DNA of 16,612 nt from Candidatus Margulisiibacteriota bacterium. GTDB taxonomy: Bacteria > Margulisbacteria > WOR-1 > O2-12-FULL-45-9. The notes below the pieces were generated by a model that searched no databases, had not been told where the DNA came from, and was given only the letters and a program-made list of their open reading frames with translations. The DNA lies in assembly GCA_043816785.1 (NCBI GenBank), contig JBDRHP010000009.1, positions 1 through 16,612 on the forward strand, written 5' to 3'. This document shows positions 6,123 through 14,500 of this stretch, one piece after another; the first letter of the stretch is position 1; every line of letters begins with the position of its first letter. The translations under genes and the position numbers were made by a program.

Positions 6123-7760
6123 TTAAAACGCGGCTTCCTTAACCATAAAAGCAAATTCCCAGGATTCCTGGCGGCGGTCAAACTTAATAACAGCATAACT
6201 GCTGTCCAGAGCCCTTAAACCAAAGTAATATATTTCATTATATAGCTGGCCAAGGCTAAAATCATGGATAAACTGGCTGCCAGCCAGGATATAATCAGAT
6301 TGCAGATAAAGATCAAACGAAGCGCTGTCCCTGAGCCAGCCATATTCCTCAAAAAAGAACGGGCTTTGGCCGTAATCCAGCAAACCCTTGGTCAAAACAG
6401 CTTCATAGAAAAGCCCGGCCGCGAGCAGGATCGGCCGGCGTACTTTTAGGGAACTGGATACCCTGCCCCGGTTAGCATTGCCCGGCAGGTAGTCAGCATG
6501 CTCATAATTGATGTCCCAAAAGGCCTTTTGCACAAAAGGCCTGATAAATTGTGTCTCCAAAAAATAGGAAAAATCAACCCCGAATTTTATCCGGTCATAA
6601 ACCCGGTCCACTGCCTGGGACGGAGCGTTTTCCGGATAGATCTTTTTTTCCTTGATCCTGCCAAATGAGGCTGACGGCGCAACGGCATAGGCATGATCAT
6701 ATAAAAATCCATGCATCCTGATCAAAACAGAAAAATCAGGATAGCGGTCTATGATACTGCGATTGAGCTCCTGATTAAGGCTGTAATCCGCAGTAAAGGA
6801 CACTTCCGGCTCAATAGTCGCGATCCTGCCCTCCAGACCCCGCTGTTCATTAAAAGAAAGCTCTTTTGTTTTATCCCTGGGATCAGCAAACAATTGCAGC
6901 GTATAAGATAAACGTGTCCGCGGCTCAGCTTTTTCCCAGGCCAAATATTTCAGCTCAAGCTGCTGCCAATCTGACAACCGGACGATCTGCTGCAGCTGCG
7001 CCCCTGCCCCATTTTCACTGGAAAAATGCAGCGAAATATCCCCAAAAATCCCGGGATCAACAAAATAATGGCTGTGGACCAAGCCGTAAGTGCCGCGAAA
7101 GATATTTTTACCAGCCTGCAACGCGGGAAAAGGCAGCTCATAATATTTTCTCCTCCAATCATTAAAATACAAAGGCACATAATAAAAAGGCAGGTTAAAC
7201 AACTTAAGGGTATTACGATGGGCCAAGCTGTAACCGGGATAAATATCCAGCCGGCCGGAATTTGAACTGAAAACCGGATAATAAAAAGGCGAAGCAGAAA
7301 TGTCGTCCACGGAGATTTTTTTGCCGTAAAACTGGAAGCGTTTGCCGCGCAGGTAAGCAACCAGGTAACCAAATTTCAGGTCCTCACCAGCATAATTGCC
7401 AGTCCAGGGATTGATCCGGAAATAATCACCTTCAATAGAGAATTGCTCAAGCTGGCCCTTAAAGCCGTAAGATAATTCAATGACATCATGCTCAAGGTCA
7501 TAGCTGGCCTGATTTGCTCTGACCTTTAGCCCGCCATATTTAAGATCAACGCCAAGCTGCTGTTTGCTGTCTATAAATATCCGTTTGCCGTCTGAATCAA
7601 AATGTTCCGGCGCAGAAACTGACAGTTCCAGCTGATTGATCTTTTTTGAGAGCGTTGAAGGGCCCTTTGCTTCAACCGGCAGGCAGGCAGCCGTAAAAAC
7701 AATGGCCAAAAAGAGAGCGAACCTTATACTTGCCAAGGCGCTATTCCGCGGCTGGATCAA
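6123..7760 (-). CDS. LptD-like outer-membrane protein (short beta-jellyroll plus beta-barrel)
   Basis: Signal peptide; OstA-like segment (LKVRANQASYDLEHDVIEL...IEGDYFRIN); LptD-type motif LKLFNLPFYYVPLY; many amphipathic strands; terminal Phe; TTG start overlaps the mlaD stop (TTGA). Confidence 0.6.
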   Translation of the reverse strand: MIQPRNSALASIRFALFLAIVFTAACLPVEAKGPSTLSKKINQLELSVSAPEHFDSDGKRIFIDSKQQLGVDLKYGGLKVRANQASYDLEHDVIELSYGFKGQLEQFSIEGDYFRINPWTGNYAGEDLKFGYLVAYLRGKRFQFYGKKISVDDISASPFYYPVFSSNSGRLDIYPGYSLAHRNTLKLFNLPFYYVPLYFNDWRRKYYELPFPALQAGKNIFRGTYGLVHSHYFVDPGIFGDISLHFSSENGAGAQLQQIVRLSDWQQLELKYLAWEKAEPRTRLSYTLQLFADPRDKTKELSFNEQRGLEGRIATIEPEVSFTADYSLNQELNRSIIDRYPDFSVLIRMHGFLYDHAYAVAPSASFGRIKEKKIYPENAPSQAVDRVYDRIKFGVDFSYFLETQFIRPFVQKAFWDINYEHADYLPGNANRGRVSSSLKVRRPILLAAGLFYEAVLTKGLLDYGQSPFFFEEYGWLRDSASFDLYLQSDYILAGSQFIHDFSLGQLYNEIYYFGLRALDSSYAVIKFDRRQESWEFAFMVKEAAF

Positions 7761-8899
7761 TACACGCTTTCCCCAGGGGGTTTGACAAGTATGCCAAAAG
7801 TAACATTGCGATTGCCGTTATTTAGCAAATCGTCACCCTTAAGCGATACATCCATATAATCCCGAACCTCATATTCCCAACCCAGGCGGATCCTGGGCCA
7901 GAGCCTGGCAGTAGTGGCTCCAGAAGAATCCTCATTATTTATATCGTAAATATCACCACTGACTGCTGATTTTGGCCCAGGATAAAACGCCACCCCGCCG
8001 CCTAATTGATTGTTTATGACTCCCAGCCTGAAACCAAAATCTTTATTGACCCGGGAAGTAAAAAGCATGTCCAATAAGCTGATCTGCCGAGTCGGCCCCT
8101 CCCCCATACCAAAACGGAAATAATTGTTCTCGTCACGGATAATATCAACATTGCCTTTTACCGCGTTAGCGCGGGAACCCACATCAATGCCCCCAGAAGC
8201 GCGGACATTCATCTTGCTGACCGAATCAAAGAAATTATTAGCCGAGGTTAACGTCCTGTTGGTTTCAGCGATCGTTCCCTTCATGTTTTCCTGGAATTTA
8301 GGATCAGCAACAATATCCCTGATGCCTTGATTGGTATCCCGCAATTCACTGGTCAGCTTCTCCGCCTCAACAGCGACATTATTCGCCGCGTAGACCGTGC
8401 CGTAAATTGCCTCGCGTATTTTAGGATCTTCGATCATGAGCCGGAAATCCTCAAGGATCTTCTTGCTTTCCTGCAGGTTTTGAGCGCCAATATCAACAAA
8501 ATCAACTATAGCCGAAGTTTTTATACTCGGCAGCAACGTGGACGGCAGGTAGGCGACCTCTGATGTCCCTGGCGCGATCTCAAGATATTTTTGCCCCACG
8601 ATCCCGTCATAGGCCACCCGCAAATAAGAATCAGCTGGGAACTTGATCTTTTTATCAATAACCGAATAAACCTTGATGTCTAACGGGCCAGGATCGATCC
8701 TTAATACTTTGCCAACTTTCAAGCCACGGTATCTTACCTCGGAACCAACGGTCAACCCTTCCACACTGACAAATTCGCCGATCATGTCATACCCTTCCCT
8801 GACCATAAAGAGATCGGTTTTCCAAACAGTTACTAATCCCAGAGCGATCAACGCGACAATAGTCAAAATTCCTACCTTGGCAGTAGTTGAAAGAGCCAT
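7757..8899 (-). CDS. mlaD: MCE-family protein MlaD with helical stalk and C-terminal beta-rich domain
   Basis: N-terminal TM helix (AKVGILTIVALIALG); MCE motifs GLTVGSEVRYRGLKVGKV and GIVGQKYLEIAPG; AGGAGG SD upstream. Confidence 0.9.
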   Translation of the reverse strand: MALSTTAKVGILTIVALIALGLVTVWKTDLFMVREGYDMIGEFVSVEGLTVGSEVRYRGLKVGKVLRIDPGPLDIKVYSVIDKKIKFPADSYLRVAYDGIVGQKYLEIAPGTSEVAYLPSTLLPSIKTSAIVDFVDIGAQNLQESKKILEDFRLMIEDPKIREAIYGTVYAANNVAVEAEKLTSELRDTNQGIRDIVADPKFQENMKGTIAETNRTLTSANNFFDSVSKMNVRASGGIDVGSRANAVKGNVDIIRDENNYFRFGMGEGPTRQISLLDMLFTSRVNKDFGFRLGVINNQLGGGVAFYPGPKSAVSGDIYDINNEDSSGATTARLWPRIRLGWEYEVRDYMDVSLKGDDLLNNGNRNVTFGILVKPPGESVY

Positions 8900-8900
8900 C

Positions 8901-9626
8901 TTACAAACCTCCTGTTATAAATTTTTTAACGACCGGGTCCTTGCTTTTTTGTGTTTCCTCAGGCGTGCCGGTCTCAATAAATTTCCCTTCATGCAGCATC
9001 AGGATCCGATTCGTTGTGCGGTAAACGGTCTGCAGCACATGGGTTACCACAATTGAAGTAACCTTTAATTCCCGGCTTAACTTTATCATCAAATCCTCGA
9101 TCGTTACAGAGGTAATCGGGTCAAGCCCAGTGGTCGGCTCATCATAAAGAATAACTTTAGGATCAGAAGCCAGGGTCCTGGCAACAGAAACCCTTCGGCG
9201 CATTCCGCCAGAAAGCTCATCCGGCATTTTTCCCTCTGTGCCTTCCAGCTCAACCATGGCCAGCTTTTCCATGACCTTGCGGTGTATTTCTCTTTCCCGC
9301 AGGTCAGTATGCAAACGCAAAGCAAACGCCACATTCTCAAAAACATTCATAGAATCAAATAAAGCAGACGACTGAAAAACCATGCCGACTTTCTTGCGCA
9401 GACGCATCAGCCCCTCATCAGAAAGCCTGGCAATATCCTGCCGGTCAATGTTGACCGATCCGGAGGTTGGCTCTTCCAGGCGGATCAGCAATTTAAGCAG
9501 GGTGCTCTTGCCGCAGCCGGACGGGCCGATAATTGCCAGAGATTCGCCGTCGGCAATCTCCAGATTAATCCCTTTCAGGACCGTTAGTTTGTCAAAATAT
9601 TTAGTTAAATTATTTAATTGGATCAT
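8901..9626 (-). CDS. mlaF: MlaF/Mkl-family ABC ATPase
   Basis: Walker A GPSGCGKST, VFQSSALFDS, signature LSGGMRRRV, Walker B ILYDEPTTGLDP, H-loop VTH; ATGA overlap with mlaE. Confidence 0.93.
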   Translation of the reverse strand: MIQLNNLTKYFDKLTVLKGINLEIADGESLAIIGPSGCGKSTLLKLLIRLEEPTSGSVNIDRQDIARLSDEGLMRLRKKVGMVFQSSALFDSMNVFENVAFALRLHTDLREREIHRKVMEKLAMVELEGTEGKMPDELSGGMRRRVSVARTLASDPKVILYDEPTTGLDPITSVTIEDLMIKLSRELKVTSIVVTHVLQTVYRTTNRILMLHEGKFIETGTPEETQKSKDPVVKKFITGGL

Positions 9627-10402
9627 TTAAAAAACAATATAGACAAGAAATAATTCACTATGAATAAAGAGATCAAGGTCGTAACCACAGAAGAAGTCGT
9701 GGATTCACCAACTCCTTTAGCTCCTCCCTTGGTGGTCAAGCCCTTGTAGCAGGCGATAACCGCGATGATCATGCCAAAAACCGCGGTCTTGATCAACCCG
9801 CCGTAAACATCCCATAGTTTTGCCAGGTTTTGGGCCGTTTCCATATACTGCACGGGATTAATACCGCTGACATAAACCGCAACCGCGTACCCTCCCAGAA
9901 ATCCGGTAATTACTGTCAGGATCGTCAACAACGGCAGCATAATAGTCGTGGCAATAAATCTGGGGATAATAAGATAACGCACCGGGCTCGCCCCCAATGC
10001 TTCCAAAGCATCAACCTGTTCAGTAACTTTCATGGTCCCGATTTCAGCGGTAATCGAAGCAGCTACCCGCGCCGCAACCACTATGCCGGTAATTGCCGGA
10101 CCTAACTCACGAGCCATAGCAATGCTCATGACCCCGCCAACAAACCTGCCCGCGCCAAAACGCACAAACTCACTGGAGATCTGTAAGGCAAAGACCATGC
10201 CAACAAAAGCCGCGGTAATCAGAGCTAAAGGGAGGGATCCGACCCCGATCTTAACCATCTGCTCCAGGACAAGTTTAACATTGACTTTGCCTTTAAATAT
10301 ATCCCGAAGTGTATAACCAGCCAAAGTAATGACTTTACCAAATTCTTCCAGAATCCGGATAGTTCTTTCTCCAACTGCTTCAGCGGCTCTTTTGTATGGC
10401 AT
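9623..10402 (-). CDS. mlaE: MlaE-family ABC permease
   Basis: Motifs RELGPAITGIVVAARVAASITAEIGTMKVTEQVDAL and GAKGVGESTTSSVV; multiple TM helices. Confidence 0.93.
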   Translation of the reverse strand: MPYKRAAEAVGERTIRILEEFGKVITLAGYTLRDIFKGKVNVKLVLEQMVKIGVGSLPLALITAAFVGMVFALQISSEFVRFGAGRFVGGVMSIAMARELGPAITGIVVAARVAASITAEIGTMKVTEQVDALEALGASPVRYLIIPRFIATTIMLPLLTILTVITGFLGGYAVAVYVSGINPVQYMETAQNLAKLWDVYGGLIKTAVFGMIIAVIACYKGLTTKGGAKGVGESTTSSVVTTLISLFIVNYFLSILFFK

Positions 10403-11192
10403 AAGGTATTTTCTCCACCAGATCCGAAGCTATCATACCATATTCTCCCTTATCTTTGGCAGCCAAATCGCCGGCCAAGCCATGCAGATAAACTCCAGCT
10501 ACAGCCGCGCCCCAACAGGCTTGGCCTTGAGCTTTTAAACCTGCTATCATCCCAGTTAAAACATCCCCGACCCCAGCACTGGCCATTCCGGGGTTACCCG
10601 TATTATTAATGTAAACATCTCCATAACGATCTGCCACCACTGTCCCCGCCCCCTTAAGAACAACTATACAATTATATTTGTTTGCTATTTTTTTTGCCAC
10701 TACTAAACGATTTTGCTGGACATATTTAACATCCTTGCCAACCAGCCGTGACATTTCTCCGGGATGCGGCGTGATTATTGTTTCATGCTTTCTTTTTGCC
10801 AGCAATTTCCGCTTCTTAGCAATTATATTTATGGCATCAGCATCGATCACGACCGGGACTTTAGTTCTTAGCACTGAAGCCACAAGTTTCTGACAGTTTT
10901 TTGAAGTCCCCAGTCCAGGACCAATAGCGATGACATCCGCTTTGATCTTTTTGATGTCGGAAAAAGGAATCGTAATGACTTCAGCAGTTAAACAATCAAC
11001 ATATTTGACCAGGTCATTTGGCACTGCCAGATAGACTAACCCAGCACCAGAACGCAGCGCAGCTCTTGAAGCCAAAACAGCTGCGCCAGTCATGCCAACG
11101 GAGCCGGCAATTATCAAAACCCGGCCATAATCACCCTTATGGCTGCCGGCTTTTCTTCTTGGCAAATATTTTGCTACTTTACTCTTCAACAT
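10380..11192 (-). CDS. nnrD: ADP/ATP-dependent NAD(P)H-hydrate dehydratase (stand-alone YjeF-C domain)
   Basis: HKGDYGRVLIIAGS..GAAVL, IGPGLG, VIDADA, TPHPGEM, VLKG, GVGDVLTG; likely start ATG 11192 overlapping the acpS end. Confidence 0.92.
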   Translation of the reverse strand: MLKSKVAKYLPRRKAGSHKGDYGRVLIIAGSVGMTGAAVLASRAALRSGAGLVYLAVPNDLVKYVDCLTAEVITIPFSDIKKIKADVIAIGPGLGTSKNCQKLVASVLRTKVPVVIDADAINIIAKKRKLLAKRKHETIITPHPGEMSRLVGKDVKYVQQNRLVVAKKIANKYNCIVVLKGAGTVVADRYGDVYINNTGNPGMASAGVGDVLTGMIAGLKAQGQACWGAAVAGVYLHGLAGDLAAKDKGEYGMIASDLVEKIPYAIQKSR

Positions 11193-11559
11193 ATACAGTT
11201 GCCACCGCGTAGTCACGAGAATGAGACAAGCTCACATGGGCATTTCCCAGGACCTTTCCTTTCCGGGCAATCAACGGTTTACCGTTTTTGTTATTAACAA
11301 TCTCAACCTCTGTCCATTTTATACCATCATTGTTTCGTCCAAAGCCAGCTATGCCAGTGCCAATGGCTTTGGAATAAGCTTCTTTTGCGGCAAACCTGAC
11401 AGCCAGCTCAGGAAAGCGATAGATCTTACGCCGGCAGCAATAAGCTATCTCTTTGTCCGTGTAGACCTTACGCAAAAATCGGTCACCATATTTATTCGCG
11501 GCCAACTTGATCCGCTCTATTTCAATAATATCAACGCCTATGCCTTTTAACTTACTCAT
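11179..11559 (-). CDS. acpS: Holo-[acyl-carrier-protein] synthase
   Basis: GIGVDIIEIERI, RFAAKEAYSKAIGTG, GKP, VSLSHSRDYAVA; likely start ATG 11559 overlapping the upstream stop. Confidence 0.95.
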   Translation of the reverse strand: MSKLKGIGVDIIEIERIKLAANKYGDRFLRKVYTDKEIAYCCRRKIYRFPELAVRFAAKEAYSKAIGTGIAGFGRNNDGIKWTEVEIVNNKNGKPLIARKGKVLGNAHVSLSHSRDYAVATVYVEE

Positions 11560-14500
11560 AAACAACAATATGCCCTTTACCAATCACCTTATTGTCTGCT
11601 ACAACCTTAAACACATAGACTCCATTGCCCGCAGGCATCCCCGTAGTATCTGAAATACCATTATAACTTATCTCATTATAACCTGCCAGGCCGCCAATTG
11701 CTCCGCTGGCAAAGATACGATTCCAGGCCAGCTCGCCGGATATGCTGTACATCAAGATCCTGAGATCCGCATCTTTGCTTAAAACATAGGCAATTTTAAC
11801 TGATTGGCCAGAACTAGGAGCAAAAGGACTAGGAGAAACAATTATATCCTTGATTGCAACCGGGCCAGTGACAACCGTAAGATCCACAACCTCCTTGATA
11901 CCTACATTGCCAGCAGCGTCCGCTACTTGGGCCTTGATCGAGTGTTTGCCATCAGTTAGCACACCCGGGGCATATGTTAATTCAATCAAGTTATCAGTCA
12001 GGGTCTTAATAAAATATGAAACAGCCGTGTCATCAAAATAAACATTTGTCGTTGAAGCAGCCAAAGACGAATCATCTGTCATAGTGATTTCAAACTCTGT
12101 GGTTTGACTGTCAATGGAATCACCACTCTTGATCCCGCGGTCAGCGATACTGATTGACACCTCAGGACTAACAGAATCTATCATAACTGTAACATGCCAG
12201 CTAGAAGAGAAAGGCCCCCAGTTATCTGCCCTATCCTTTGTCCGCATCTTCCAGCTATGCATTCCATCATCTAATGCACGAGACGTATAAGAAGTTGTGT
12301 TAGCGCTAAAAGTAGCAACAATGGTCGGGCTGTTAATCGTTATTTCATAACTTGCTACTCCACTGGTAGCATCTGTGGTCGCGCTCCAGGAAAATGTTGG
12401 CGTTGCTTCATTGGTAGAGCTGCCGTCTGGCGGTGAAACCAAACTAGGCGCTTCTGGTGAAGTTGTGTCTAAAATAATTGAAGCTTCAACTGTTGCTGAT
12501 TCAACCAATGCAGCATCTCGCAGCTTGTAAAATACTTCCTTGGTCCCGTCTCCAGCACTCACCTCAAAGGTTGTTGGATTTAGATAACTAATCCAACTGG
12601 CGCCGCTAAAGGTCGCGCTTTCAGAAAGGACCATCTGAGTCGGGCCCCCTGACACTCCAGAAGCCTCAACAGAAACAGTTCTGTCATTTGTATAATTTGG
12701 ATCAAGGGTTGTAATATCCCTCAAGGTAATTCCAGCAACACTCGGCCCAATTGTACTAACCTCAAAGGTAAATGTCGTGCTGGCACTGCCCCAGTTGCCT
12801 GCCACATCTCTGGCCCTGACTTTCCAGGTATGCAAACCATAACTTAATGCTTCGCTTGTGTATATTGTTACCGCTCCTTGCGTTATCAAAGTGCTATCCA
12901 GCGTAATCTCATAGCTGCCAACTCCTGAAAAAGTATCTGTTGACGCTTCCCAGGTTAGCGTTGGCGTGGTATCTCCTGTGGTGCTTCCATTGGCTGGAGT
13001 AACAATGGTTGGCGCGCTTGGCCCTGTTGTATCCAGTACAATGCTGGCCTCCACTGAGGCTGATTCATTGGAACTCACATTTCGCAGCTTGTAATAGACT
13101 TCTTTGGTCCCATCTCCAGCACTGACTTCAAAGGTCGTTGGGTTCAAATAGCTGGCCCAGCTGCTGCCTTCAAACGTCGCGCTTTCTGAAATGACCATCT
13201 GTGTTGGGCTGCCTAACACACCCGAGGCTTCAACCGAAACCACCCTATCGTTTGTATAATTTGGATCAAGGGTTGTAATATCCCTTAAAGTAATTCCAGT
13301 AACACTCGGCCTAATTGTACTAACTTCAAAGGTAAATGCGGTGCTGGCACTACCCCAGTTGCCTGCTACATCTCTGGCCCTGACTTCCCAGGTATGCAAA
13401 CCATCACTTAATGCTTCGCTTGTGTATATTGTTACCGCTTCCTGCGTTATCAAGGCGCTGTCCAGCGTGATCTCGTAGCTGCCAACTCTTGAAAAAGTAT
13501 CTGTTGACGCTTCCCAGGTTAGCGCTGGCGTAGTATCTCCTGTGGTGCTGCCATCGGCCGGAGTAACAAGGGTTGGCGCGCTTGGCCCTGTTGTATCCAG
13601 TATAATGCTGGCCTCAACTGAGGCTGATTCATTGGAACTCACATCCCGCAGCTTGTAATAGACTTCTTTGGTCCCGTCTCCGGCACTGACTTCAAAGGTC
13701 GTTGGGTTAAGATAACTTACCCAGCTGGCCCCGGCAAAACTGGAACTCTCTGATATAATCATCTGTGTGGGGCTGCCTGACACACCGATTGCCTCAACTG
13801 AAACTACCCGGTTGTCGGTATAGATCTGGCTCAAACTAGTTGTATCCCTTACCTCGATCGTAGTAAGCGTTGGCCCTGCTGTATCTACTTCAAAGGTAAT
13901 GGCAGTATTGGCAGATCCCCAGTTACCTGCCACATCCCTGGCTCGCACTTCCCAAGTATGGAAACCCTCAGACAGTGTTCCTGTTGTATATGTTGTGGTT
14001 GCTCCCTGGGTTATCAAAGTACTATCCAGCGTGATCTCGTAGCTGCCTATGCCTGACAAATTATCTGTGGCTGCTTCCCAAGTAAGGGTTGGGGTATTGT
14101 CCGCAATTGTTGAGCCATCAGTTGGCGTTACTAGATTCGGCGCTGATGGAGGATTAGAATCAATAGTAAAGTTCGCGTCACTCTCATCAGTCCCCACATT
14201 GTGCTGTGGCGAGCTGTCAACAGCTTCAATAGACACCCTCACACTGTTGGAGTTAATGGCTGGTGTTTGCCAATCATAAGTCCCGTCATTGGCCTCGCCG
14301 GTCGCAATGGTCGTCCAGCCAGAACCTGTTGTGTAATAGAGCCTGATCTCATCAATGCCGGTTTCGTCTGTGGCAGTCCAGGTAACTTCGTAGGTAACCC
14401 CACCCATCCATTGCTCGCCACCATTTGGAGATTCAACTGTTACAGTTGGAGCTGATGAATCAGAAAAGACATCTTTATTTATGGCGAATTCAGACGTGTA

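Noticed and set aside
6002..6196. 64-aa ORF across the dif region
   Set aside because: Overlaps the LptD-like 3' end and dif; no recognisable start signals or protein features.
12190..14165. CRISPR array or DGR template/variable repeats
   Set aside because: Repeats are 564-bp in-frame coding units; differences are not adenine-specific; no cas or reverse transcriptase gene.
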